Source: an uncultured virus (IMG/VR IMGVR_UViG_3300005239_000276) | Taxonomy: Duplodnaviria; Heunggongvirae; Uroviricota; Caudoviricetes | Length of the DNA: 20,000 nt | Virus record (IMG/VR): IMGVR_UViG_3300005239_000276 | Direction: 5' to 3' (one strand) | Shown: piece by piece, positions 1 to 11,300 of the stretch | Position numbering within the stretch: position 1 is the stretch's first letter | How the letters are laid out: each line of letters opens with the position of its first letter | The notes under the pieces: generated by a model | What the model was told of the DNA's origin: nothing | Seen by the model: the letters and a program-made list of their open reading frames with translations, nothing else | Databases searched by the model: none | Translations under genes and position numbers: made by a program

Positions 1-3000
1 GAAGTGAAATTGTTCTAGTCCAATTATCAGAACTAGGTAATAATGTAATACTACCAGTATATTCAATTACATTAAATGGATTTACATTTTCTACTCTAGT
101 TGCTAATGATTGTTCAATCCATCCAACTGAAGTATACTTAAGTGTAATTACATTTCCGGTTTTTTGGACATTTGGATCCAATAATTCAAAGTTTTCTGAT
201 AAATCTAGTTTGTCTTCTGATATTTCTGTTGCAGGGATAGGTGTTAATTGTAGAGAATTCGATATAATTCTAGGTCTTAGAACACCATCTGAAATTGTTG
301 CATTAGTTAAATTTTCATCAGACAAAGTGATATCATTAAAATCATCTACAAAAAATCCAGATTTAAATCTATTATTTCCATCGGAATCTTCAATTCTTAA
401 AGATTCGGTATTTATTTCAAGAAGACTAAGTGAAGTTAATCTTTCAACACTTTCTATTCTTTCCTCCAAATCACCAATATCTCTCATTGTATATCTTCTA
501 TTATCAGAAATAGAAATACTAGCATCTTGAATATTATACAAATAAGCTGGAAGTGTTATCTCAGCTAGATCCATCAAAGTTTCATCACCATTAAGAGGTG
601 TAATTGGATCTTTTGAAGGAATTCCTTTATCTACGATTAAATTGCCAAATTTATCTAGATATACTTTATCAATTCTTGGTAGATAAAAACTATATCCAAT
701 TGTAGATGATTCATCGGGTTTTAAATTATATTTAATTGAATTGGAGTTAAATACTCTAGATTCAAAAGCAAAAGGGGAAGATGTTGCAGTACTTACATCA
801 AAATTTTGTACTCTAGGTCTAAAATCAAGAACATCTGATGCTCTATCATTTTGTGTACCTATCGTAGGAATATCATCAGAAAATCTGTCAGAATCATAAC
901 TTAATACAGTAAATACGTCACCATTATCTGAAGAAGGAACTTTATAATAATCATAAACAATCAGAAGTTTTCTTTCTGGTACAGATCTATTAGTTCTAAG
1001 TATTCTTGAGTAATCATAATATTGACTTTTTTGCCCTTTATCTAGTGAAAATGTATCAGTTATATTCTTATAACTTCCCGTAGTAATTTTTTTTATATTG
1101 GAAACAACATTTGAATCGGAAAAAGTAACCTCTTCACCTAAAGAAAAAGTTTCCTCATTCAAGTAAACTATTCCAATATTATTTACCGGAACAGAAGGTG
1201 TAGAAGAAGAATTTAAAACTACTCTAGCAACTGCCCCACTATCAGATCCAATAATTTTTTCTCCAATTATTGCATTAGAATCTACATTTGAGATTGAAGA
1301 AAATTCAATCTTATCCAATACAGGATCTAATGTATTTGTTGACTCATAAACTGCTATCACTTCAGATACATCGGGAACATCTAAAGAAATTTCATCGTCT
1401 TGAACTCTAAGTCCATAATATGGACTGTATGTAAGACCATCATTTATAGAATCACTAGTTGCTGCTCCAGATCTTACTAATCTTGAAAGATTTACAATCT
1501 TAACAGCACTTTTTTGATATTCTTTAATTTTACTTTGAATATTATTTTTATTAAGAGTTGTATTTACGACAACATTAGACTGATTAGTAGATAATCCTAT
1601 AATTGTTACTGTATTGGTGTTAAGGTCTACTGAAAATCTATCTGAAGTTATAGTGCCAATTCCTCCATTGGCATAATGTACAGAATACCTTTCTTGATCA
1701 AAAAGTTCGAAAGATGCATTATCAATTCCAGATATACTTGATAAGTTGAAAGTTAGTGCTCCATTAGCATCTGTATTTTCTCCTACTATTTGTTGTGATA
1801 TTGTCAATTCAGAACTAGAGAGATTTACTGAAGAAATATCATCTTCCAAAAGTTTTGCATAAAGAAATGCATTTTCATTATTTTTTAATTCTGGAATTTT
1901 TAGTTGTGCATTATAATTCCCATTACCTATTAACTCACCATCAAATACTCCTGCGACAGTGGTTATTCCGGATATTGTAAATGAAGATAAATCTGGAGAA
2001 ATTGTATCGATTTTATTATATTTTAAATTTCCACCCTCTATTACTTGGACAATATCTCCAATATCAACTCCTGAAAATAATTTTCCTGGACTTGTGACTG
2101 TGCCAGAACTTACATTAACTTCACTAATTCCATTGGAAAAATTTTTAGTATCTAGAATTGAATTTGCAGAAAAACTTGCAAATCCGGAAATACCTGACTG
2201 CGAAACGGATTTAATATCTTTAATTCCATAAACCACAGAATTTGAAACTGTTAGTGCAAAATCTACTCCATTAACAGATAATTGCTCACCTTGAGAAAAA
2301 GTTCCTGATGTTTGACTGAGATTTAAATTTGTTGTTGATCCTGAAGAAACAATATATCCACTTGCTCCACTACTTCTTCCTTGTATATATGAAGAAGTTG
2401 GAATTTCAGAAGCAGTTACAGATCTATTAAAAGTTATATTTGTATATGTTTGAACATCATACAAATATAAATCCCAAGATGTGGATTCATTGGAATATGC
2501 AGAATCTGTTAAATTAAATGAATATACTCTTGCTTGTCCTATTGTAGATATTCCAGATTCTGCTTTAAATTCTGAAACTAGATTGATTTTTTCGTTTTCT
2601 TTTAAAGCACCCTCAACATTATTAACTCTTAAAAGATTTCCCATTTGAAATGGAATTCTCTGAGAATTTACTGTTTGACTACTTCTTGGTTTCTCAATAT
2701 CAATTGCATAAGAAGATGGTAATTCTACATCATATCCAGCAACATAGGCTTTTCCTGGAGATACTTGAACACACATCAAATCATCAGAAGGAACATTTCC
2801 TTGTTCTGTCAATTCATTTTCTAAATATAAACCGTCACTATCAATTCTATTATTTAAAGAATCAACTAAATTTATATTAAAATCATCTATTAAATAGTGG
2901 CCAGATTCATCAAAAGTTCTTTCTGCAAGATAATCTCTTAAAGGATTGCTAGTATCATTTTTATTTTCTATTATTTTTACTTTTCCATTTACGACTCTAA

Positions 3001-3826
3001 AAATTTCTACAAAATTAGAATCTGATGTATCATCTAATAATTTTTTTACTAGTGGTAATTCTATTTTAAATCTATCTGCACCAGGTGCTGCAAAATTTGT
3101 AAATCCTTTTGCATTATCATATAAAGATTCATCTTGTTTTGCATCTACTATAGACTCATTTACTTGAAATCCTACTTTATATGATGGAGTATTTGTATAA
3201 TAATCTAATATTATAGTTTGTTTTCTAACATTAGCAAGTACTCCTCTTAAAAAATATACTCCATTATCAATAGATATTGCAGATCCTACGGAAGTTGCGT
3301 TTAATGATATTAAAGAAGCAAATGGAGTTCCTGCAGTAATTGTAGTATTTCCATATATTACATTATCATTTGCAAATAAACTTTCTCCATCTAGAAATAT
3401 TGAAGTTACTGAATCAGTTCCGGAACTTAAATATTTTACATATATTGTTAAGTTTTCTACAATATCGTTATCTGAAGTAAGTGCAACAAATTGGACAGAT
3501 GCAGTAACTCCTGATGTTAATCCAGTTATAGTTTTTCCAATTAAATTATTAATATAAATTGAAATGTCAATTCCAAGATTTGTTGCATTTAATTTTACTG
3601 CAGAAAATTGGTTATCATAAGTAAGAGCACCAGGAAGAACCATTGATCCTTCTTTAAAGCTATAATTTGCTAAAGACTCTACTTGATTCTGTAAAATAGA
3701 CTGAAGAGTTGTTAATTCTCTAGTTTGAACTGGATATCCTGGCTTAAAAAGAACTTTATAAAAATCTTTGTTTTTATCAAAATCGTCATAATATGGACTG
3801 ATATTTAAGTTTGTTTTTTGTGACAT
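1..3826 (-). CDS. Large virion structural protein, DUF4815/VrlC-like; 3' end outside the window (at least 1275 codons); not in the ORF track
   Basis: ATG at 3826, 5 nt after the gp8 stop. The N-terminus reads MSQKTNLNISPYYDDFDKNKDFYKVLFKPGYPVQTRELTTLQSILQNQ, typical of this family, and APGADRFKI occurs near 3060-3090. Frame spot-checks at 2758 (PGKAYVAGYDV), 829 (LDFRPRV) and 40 (LPSSDNWTRTISL) are all in the start frame. Position after gp8 matches T4-like cyanophage gene order. Confidence 0.88.
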   Translation of the reverse strand, partial: MSQKTNLNISPYYDDFDKNKDFYKVLFKPGYPVQTRELTTLQSILQNQVESLANYSFKEGSMVLPGALTYDNQFSAVKLNATNLGIDISIYINNLIGKTITGLTSGVTASVQFVALTSDNDIVENLTIYVKYLSSGTDSVTSIFLDGESLFANDNVIYGNTTITAGTPFASLISLNATSVGSAISIDNGVYFLRGVLANVRKQTIILDYYTNTPSYKVGFQVNESIVDAKQDESLYDNAKGFTNFAAPGADRFKIELPLVKKLLDDTSDSNFVEIFRVVNGKVKIIENKNDTSNPLRDYLAERTFDESGHYLIDDFNINLVDSLNNRIDSDGLYLENELTEQGNVPSDDLMCVQVSPGKAYVAGYDVELPSSYAIDIEKPRSSQTVNSQRIPFQMGNLLRVNNVEGALKENEKINLVSEFKAESGISTIGQARVYSFNLTDSAYSNESTSWDLYLYDVQTYTNITFNRSVTASEIPTSSYIQGRSSGASGYIVSSGSTTNLNLSQTSGTFSQGEQLSVNGVDFALTVSNSVVYGIKDIKSVSQSGISGFASFSANSILDTKNFSNGISEVNVSSGTVTSPGKLFSGVDIGDIVQVIEGGNLKYNKIDTISPDLSSFTISGITTVAGVFDGELIGNGNYNAQLKIPELKNNENAFLYAKLLEDDISSVNLSSSELTISQQIVGENTDANGALTFNLSSISGIDNASFELFDQERYSVHYANGGIGTITSDRFSVDLNTNTVTIIGLSTNQSNVVVNTTLNKNNIQSKIKEYQKSAVKIVNLSRLVRSGAATSDSINDGLTYSPYYGLRVQDDEISLDVPDVSEVIAVYESTNTLDPVLDKIEFSSISNVDSNAIIGEKIIGSDSGAVARVVLNSSSTPSVPVNNIGIVYLNEETFSLGEEVTFSDSNVVSNIKKITTGSYKNITDTFSLDKGQKSQYYDYSRILRTNRSVPERKLLIVYDYYKVPSSDNGDVFTVLSYDSDRFSDDIPTIGTQNDRASDVLDFRPRVQNFDVSTATSSPFAFESRVFNSNSIKYNLKPDESSTIGYSFYLPRIDKVYLDKFGNLIVDKGIPSKDPITPLNGDETLMDLAEITLPAYLYNIQDASISISDNRRYTMRDIGDLEERIESVERLTSLSLLEINTESLRIEDSDGNNRFKSGFFVDDFNDITLSDENLTNATISDGVLRPRIISNSLQLTPIPATEISEDKLDLSENFELLDPNVQKTGNVITLKYTSVGWIEQSLATRVENVNPFNVIEYTGSITLLPSSDNWTRTISL

Positions 3827-3831
3827 CTTTT

Positions 3832-5346
3832 TTAGAATTCCAGAATAATTTTAACGTCTTCTTTTTGTCTTGAGTCTCTTTGAATTTCAGGTCTGTTGTC
3901 GATATATATTATATCTCCTGTCTTTTTATTTATCTCGGGATTTGCAAGTCCATTTGTAAACTCAACTCCCAAATTAATTAATTTGTCTCCAAGATTTATA
4001 GTACTTGTATTATTTAAAGTAGTGTCAACAGTTGCTGAATTTCCATCAATACTAATTTGACTTGAAGAATTGAAGGGTACAATATTTTTTGCACTAGAAG
4101 TTTGGCTTTGATCTACATTATTGCCAAAAGATAGTGATCTATCCTGATAATATTTTAGTATTTTAGTTTCAGTATCGAAAGATGCAACATAACCTTCTGC
4201 AATTAATCCATTATCTTGATTTTGAGTTACCTTATCTCCAACATTTATACTTATTGAAGTTGTAATTCCAATAGAATAAAGAGAAGAAAAATTGCCTCCT
4301 GTAAAAGTAATTCCAGCCCCTGAGAATGACTCTGGATTTTTTATAATTCCAACTTGAGAAAATTTAGTATCTATAGGAAAGTCTTTAGTTGAATCATCAA
4401 ATCTTGCATATATTAATACTTTATCAGTACCTAATTCCTTGTAAATGTCATATCCATGTCCTTTAGAAGGTGGAATAATAGGTATTAATTTTGCACCTGT
4501 TCCTGAACTGGAATTTAAATTGACAATTCCATAAGTATATCCCTTACCTCCAGAAGTAACTACAACACTTGTTATTTCTCCATTAGTTGTTGTTATTGAA
4601 ACTTCTCCTCCACTTCCATCACCCAAAATAGATGCTGTAGTATCAACATATCCACTTCCACCACTCTCAATATATACCTTCTTTATTTGATTATTTTGAA
4701 TATCTGAATTTCCACCATCTCTAATCCTTACAATTTCATTATTTAAACTATTTTCCCAATTATTGGGAACAATAAAATATTCTGTAGAGTCAAACTTAAT
4801 GATATCCGAAGGAGAAATTGTAAAGAGATATTTCCATCTATATCCATCAGATCCTACTGTAGGAGGTTCAATGCTAGTATCAACTGGTTTAAATAAAGAT
4901 CTTGGAACATTAGTAGGATTTTTTCCTGAAGTGCCATTCTCTAAGCAGATATAAACTTTAAATTCGTCAGTAATTACATAATAATTGGAATTGTATAGAT
5001 TGAAAACTTTAGAAGCAGTTGCTTCAGTATATTCACTATAGTCATGTCTGTACATGTCATAAGAAGTGTTTGAAATCCAATCAACTCTTTTTACAACTCT
5101 TCTAACATTTTCTGAAGTTATTTTTTTTCCAAACAAAGAAGTATCTCTATAATGAGAAAGATATTGAAAATTATCGATTGGATTATTATTAATACTAGTA
5201 TTCCAATCGGATGTTCTTCCAAATCCTGGATTTGGAGTAGTTGGATTTGATAATCCTAAAAAAGCATAATAAGAATTATCATTTATAGACTCTACAAAGG
5301 AATTGGCATTCAATATTCTAAATTGATCTGTTACGAATGCGGCCAT
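3832..5346 (-). CDS. gp8: Baseplate wedge subunit, T4 gp8-like (504 aa)
   Basis: Recognisable motifs MAAFVTDQFRILNA, YDMYRHDY, FKVYICLENG, DGYRWKYLFTI, PPSKGHG and the C-terminal GDIIYIDNR...QKEDVKIILEF. Syntenic after gp7. Confidence 0.92.
   Translation of the reverse strand: MAAFVTDQFRILNANSFVESINDNSYYAFLGLSNPTTPNPGFGRTSDWNTSINNNPIDNFQYLSHYRDTSLFGKKITSENVRRVVKRVDWISNTSYDMYRHDYSEYTEATASKVFNLYNSNYYVITDEFKVYICLENGTSGKNPTNVPRSLFKPVDTSIEPPTVGSDGYRWKYLFTISPSDIIKFDSTEYFIVPNNWENSLNNEIVRIRDGGNSDIQNNQIKKVYIESGGSGYVDTTASILGDGSGGEVSITTTNGEITSVVVTSGGKGYTYGIVNLNSSSGTGAKLIPIIPPSKGHGYDIYKELGTDKVLIYARFDDSTKDFPIDTKFSQVGIIKNPESFSGAGITFTGGNFSSLYSIGITTSISINVGDKVTQNQDNGLIAEGYVASFDTETKILKYYQDRSLSFGNNVDQSQTSSAKNIVPFNSSSQISIDGNSATVDTTLNNTSTINLGDKLINLGVEFTNGLANPEINKKTGDIIYIDNRPEIQRDSRQKEDVKIILEF
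3927..3933 (-). promoter_or_regulatory. Candidate late promoter (ATAAATA) inside the 3' end of gp8, serving the DUF4815/VrlC-like gene
   Basis: ATAAATA within the I-N-K codons of gp8 (PEINKK), about 100 nt upstream of the ATG at 3826. Confidence 0.5.
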
Positions 5347-5363
5347 ATTAATAGTTTTTTATA

Positions 5364-5371
5364 TATTTATA
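5364..5371 (-). promoter_or_regulatory. T4-type late promoter (TATAAATA) for gp8, overlapping the gp7 stop codon
   Basis: Exact consensus 17 nt upstream of the gp8 ATG. Confidence 0.8.
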
Positions 5372-8300
5372 ATACAATCTTAGGAAGTGCTCCAGTTTTT
5401 CTAATACCAATACCTCTTCTTTGAATTGTTGGGTATGTTGATAATCCAGATACTATGTTTCCAGTAACTCCAATTGATATTGGATTTGAAGATCTTGTTC
5501 CGCCAGATAATCTACCCCATGAATATTTACCTATAGGATTTAATATATTTCCGTTAGTGTTAATTCCAATAATATTAGAGTCTGATTTTACGTTACAAGT
5601 AAGAATTCCAATATTATCATTATTAGACCAATCCGAAATATAGTAAATATTATCTAAAAATGTTGTTCCAATACCAACAATTGCAGAATCAGAACTATCA
5701 ATTGATGTTACTCCGTTTCCAATTTGAGTATCATAAATGTAAATAGGATATCCTGTAGATATTCCCGAAAAAGATGGGGAATTGGAATCATAAATTTCAA
5801 ATTTAAGTGCTAATGGGTTTCCACCTGTTCCTGTAGTTGTTGTAATACCAGTTATAATTCCCGAAAAACCACTAATATTATTGAATCCAGTTATAGATTC
5901 AATTGATCCGGATGCTTCAGTTGAAATTCCATTAATAACTATAGCGTTAAATGGAAGTGAATCATCACCAAATCCAGGAGTATCAGTTTCATAATTGAAT
6001 AACTCTGAATTATCAACAAATATTTCAGTATCCGTTGTTGATATATCCTTTATAATTCTGGATGTTGGGAATATGAGAGGTTCTATTGAATCTCTTGTTT
6101 TATAAGTAAACTGTCCATTAATTTTTTTACTTGTTTTTTGTTTTGTCCAAGAAATTGGTCTGAATTTTACTTCATCAATCCCAAGACCAGAATATTTATC
6201 AGTTTCTAGTTTATCTGAAAATTTTATATTATAAATGACTCTCTCATCTTGAGTTGAAATATCAGAATATAAATTGCTACTTTTAACTTGAAGAATATCA
6301 CCAGGTTTTAGAGTTGATGTAACGTCTACAAATTCTGTATCAATAGAACCAACTCCTTTATAGAAGTAAATATCTACTATATCTTCTGGTTTTGGTGCTT
6401 CTGTGAATAATAATGAAGTTCCTCCTTCGAATTGATAATTTACTATAGGTTCTTGCAAAATTCCATTTATAAAAATTATAAGTAAATTAGAGATGTTATT
6501 TTCAATTTCTGAACCAGATTCAGGTTCAAAACTGGTGAGTTGCCCATTATAAAATATTGGAAATCTAGTTCTAAAACCATCTTGAAATTGTCTTATAGAA
6601 TCTAAAAAGTCAAGTTCACCAAATTCCCAACCAGAAAAACTGTCAGTATAAACATCTTCTACTGTGATAGTAAAATCAGATATTGGTGAAGAAAGGCTAG
6701 AATCTGTGACCAATCCAATAGGTTTAAATATATCTCCTTTTTTAAAATTAAATCCAGATCTTGAGAATTTAAAATCAGTTACTTCAAAGTAAGTTGATCC
6801 TATTCCTGTAGATCCTCCAAGTTCAACATCAACTAATAAACCGGAACCTGCTTCAGTCGTATTACCGATACCAGATCTAAAGACACCAACTATAGGTAAA
6901 TTTTTGTAAGATGGATCTGATACAAATATTTTTGGATTTGTGTATCCAGTTCCCCCAGATCCTACTGTGAAAGATAAAGTTCCTCCAACACCAATCGATG
7001 CTGATATTGAAGCAACATCTCCAACATGCCCTTCTTCATAAACACTTATTCCGATTGAAACTAAACCATTATATCCAGATCCAAGATTGTCTGTTGTCCC
7101 AAATCCAACAGATACAATAGATCCTCCAGCACCAACAACAGATGTTACTGAAGCACCTACAAGAGGAGCAAATCCAAGACCAGGACTAGATCCATATGAA
7201 ACAATAATACCACCTCTAGGAAGATCATTTAAGTTTACATCATAATCTGAAGTTATATACTCCAAAGGATTATTTGGATTTGAAATTCCAGAAAATGTTA
7301 TAGAAGATATTCCAGAAACTAAATCTTCAGAAATATGATAATTGAATACACTTGGATTATTATCCGTTTTTGGTGATTGATAGGAATCATTAACTAAAAT
7401 AAATCCATTACCACCAATAGTTCCAATTCCTGTAGTATTTGCACCACCCACTCTCAGTGAAAATGTTTTACCAATTCCCGTAAATTCATCAGACAAATCA
7501 TCATAAATTTTATTACTTGAATAGTTAGATTTCAAAAATGTCCTACCAGTAAATGATGATCTTGGTGAATATGAATTAAATTCTGTGTCTATATCAATAC
7601 TTCCCAATGGAGGTTCTGTAAAATAAATTGTGCTATCTACAATATTAAATGATCCTTTATAAACTCTTGCTACACTAGAATCTAAATGAGTTGATGCTGA
7701 AGATCCAACAAATCCTCTATTAACTTCTACCAAGTTTATATTTCCATTATTTGTAATTGGTCCTAAATTAGTTGTTCCAAATCCAACATTAATAACTTTC
7801 ATATACTCATCATCTACTAACAATATATCATTAGGAACTATTGTTGATATTCCACTCAATGATATAATGTTGGTATCCAATTCAACTTGACCTCCTACAT
7901 TTCCAATAAGATCATGTTTTATTTTTGTATATGCTAATGGATATTGAATTAAATCATCAATAGTAATAATACACTTAGAACTTCTTTCTTTCATAGTAAA
8001 TTTATGAGCATTTCCTACTCCTATAGAAGTGAAAGTTGTGCCAATACCACTTTGTGCATCTGTAAGTGACGTTGCAATTTTAAAAGTGTCTTCAGTTAAT
8101 TTGATTGCATAAACAGTAGAAGGCAAACCACCACTAGGAGTGGTGATCGAACTAAATCCAACTCCAAAAAATGTTGAATTTGGGGTGTAAATTAATTCTT
8201 CACCTGTCCTAAAGAAGTGATTTTTAATAGTAAATATTCCTGTAGTTGCTGCTAATGCTACAGAATTGGGATTAAATTCTTTCGAAAAAATAGGTGTTTC

Positions 8301-11300
8301 ATTATTTTTTAAAATAAAATCTGATTGGATAGGTTTTATTATTTTTTCATCAACCTTTTCAACTATACTTCCATAATTTAAATTTAAATAATCACTAGCA
8401 GTGTCTAATTCAGTATATAATTTCTCATTAAATACTTCAATTTCAATTTGTTCCGTCTTATCTGCATCTGGATAAAATTTAATTGCAGCATTATCTCCAG
8501 ATATCTCACCACCAAAAGTTCCTATTCCGGAAAAATCATTATCGAATGCTGAAAGGAATGGTAGTTGTTTAGTATATACACTAGTTCCATCATGAGCAAT
8601 AATTATTTGATGAAGTACTTTTGTAGATCCTATACTTACTTGAACTAAAGATTTTAATGCATTGAAAGTATTTTTATCGATAGTATCAATAGTAGTTGCT
8701 GCTGCAGAAACTGTGGATGTATAATTTGAATCATATATTGCACTTCTTTCACTACCATCAAATAATTGTCCAGTAGCTTTAAATCTATAAGTTCCTATTC
8801 CAGATGATGTTGTACCAAATCCAACTATTCTTGATTTTATTTGAATAGAATTTGATGAATTATTTTCATGTGATACAGATAAAATTCCACTATCCAAGTT
8901 TGCATAAAAAGTTCCTATTCCACTAGATGAACTTGACATTAATGAAGTATCACTATAATACTCCGATAAGAATGTATCTACACCATTATGAACAATATAC
9001 AAACGAACATATTCCATTTCACTTGTAACTTTATCAATAACTTGAGAATTGATATAAACAGATTCAAAAGAATTTGAATCTAAAGATGCAATTGTAGTAG
9101 TCCCAACACCAACACTAGAACTTTCAATAACATCCGATTCAATTAAATCTATAAAACCAATAGATTGTCTATCTGTATGAATACCAGTACTTCCAGTATT
9201 TTCAAATGTTTTTTTAATTAATTTTATATTATATTTTGTATCTAAGGAAATCTGATCATTTGGTTTAAATACTAATTTGGCATTTTCAGAAATTTCATCA
9301 ATCTCTAAATCAAAACTTCCATAAAGATCAATTTCGAAATTTAAATTTGTAGATCCCGAAGTAGTAATAGATTCATTCTCAGATATAAATGTTCCTTTAT
9401 CATTACTCAAAATAGTAACATCTGTTAATTGAACTTTAGTATCATTATCTGATGTTACTCTAAGTAAGAAATTATAATATGTTTCATTTTCTAATTGTTC
9501 TATTGCGAAAAAATCTTGATTTTCATCAACAAAACTTGAAAATTGATCACTAATATCGTCAATTTTTAATACATTTAAAGTATTTTTTAACTCAATAAAA
9601 TCTGAGAGTATCGTATTTTTAAATTTTAAAAATTTTGATTTAGAATCATTAACATCTACGTCTAAAACTTTATCAAAATTATTAATAGTATAAGAATATT
9701 TTTTATCAATAATATTTTTTGTAATTGAAATATTATTGGTAGAAGTAGATAATCCTGCACTAGTATTTTTCTGTATTTGAGTATCAGCAAAGTTTTTTAA
9801 ACCGCTTATATGAACCAAATTTTCAACTGGAGACTGCTGATCTTTATATGTTATTGGACTTTTTATGGAATAAGATAAATTTTGATAATAGTTGTTATCA
9901 GCAATAACTTGAAAATTTTCACTTAGTTTTCCAGTATCATTATCCCAACCAATATTTTTTAAATAAGAATATTTAACATCAAACATTGCATTATTTAAAT
10001 TTACAGATTCTATAGTTGCAATAGTACCAGAATCCTCACCTACTATTATTTCTCCAACTGACAATTCATATAATCCACTAACTTTTAAGTCATTTTTATT
10101 GCTTTCAGATACAATTAAATCTCTAATTATTCCATTAGAAGATAATTTTTCACCAACAAAAAAGTTTAATTCTTCTAGAGAAAAATCGAATAATGGATAA
10201 TCATTTTTATTAATTATGGAAGAAGTAAAAAATTGATCTGTTTGTGCAATTCCAGTATTTGTAGTTATGTCAGAAATATCAATTGTTACTCTATCATTAA
10301 CTCCAGTATTATCGTAATTACTCACTTTGAAAAATTTATATCCATAATCTGATGAATTAAAACCATCACCATCAGAACTATTTTTTATAATTCCTTCTAC
10401 AAAAACACTATCTCCTATAGAAAAAGGTTGAGAAATAAAGTTAGATGATCCAAAATTTATTGGTGTAGATATAGTACATGTAAAGATGCCAGAATTTGAT
10501 GATTCTACTTTTTCAATAGAAATGCCATTACTATTATTAATAGAAATTATTTCTACATTTCCATCTGGAACTCCTTTTGGTTTTACAACTACTTCTGTAG
10601 AAAAAATTGAGGATTCTAATAATATAGGTTTAATAAATCCAGAATTTATTACATTCCCACTAATAGAATCTATAATTATTAAATTCGGTTCAGATATATA
10701 ACCATTTCCACCATTTATTACAGATATATTATCTATAGTTTTCGAATTTTTTATTTTAATTGTTGGGGATATATTTGCTTTAGGTCTAAGAGTTGTATCT
10801 GAAGAATATATGAAATTATCATTAATAATTCTAGTTTCCTTTATAGATCCAATTTTACTTGATTTTAAATTTACTTTTAAGTTTTTACCTAAAGAAGAAC
10901 TTGTAGATTTAATGACTGGAAATTTTTTATATCTTGATCCAGAAGATAAGATATTTAAATTTTTGACTGGACCGGATGGTGAAGTTGATGTTGTTGAGTA
11001 CTCAAGAATATCACATTCTTCCGATGAATAAGAAATTCTTTCAGGTTTTTTTTGTAGGTTTATATTAAATGTCGTTTCTCCTATTTCACTAATGACATAT
11101 GAATTGTTATAATCACTATTCACAAAGTCTATTCTAGAATAATTTTTAGTTTCGATATCAGAAGTAACTAATTCCCCATCTTTCACTAAAGTATAGAACA
11201 ATTTTTCAGGAATTTGTGTAGTATAGTTTAATGTTAAAGATGCAGTAGATGTTACTCCTACTGTTCCAACTCCAGATACACTAAAAGTATCTGTGGATCC

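Noticed and set aside
409..6199. ATAAATA copies at 409-415 and 6193-6199 as late promoters
   Set aside because: Both lie deep in coding sequence, far from any gene start. Chance matches are expected in such AT-rich DNA.
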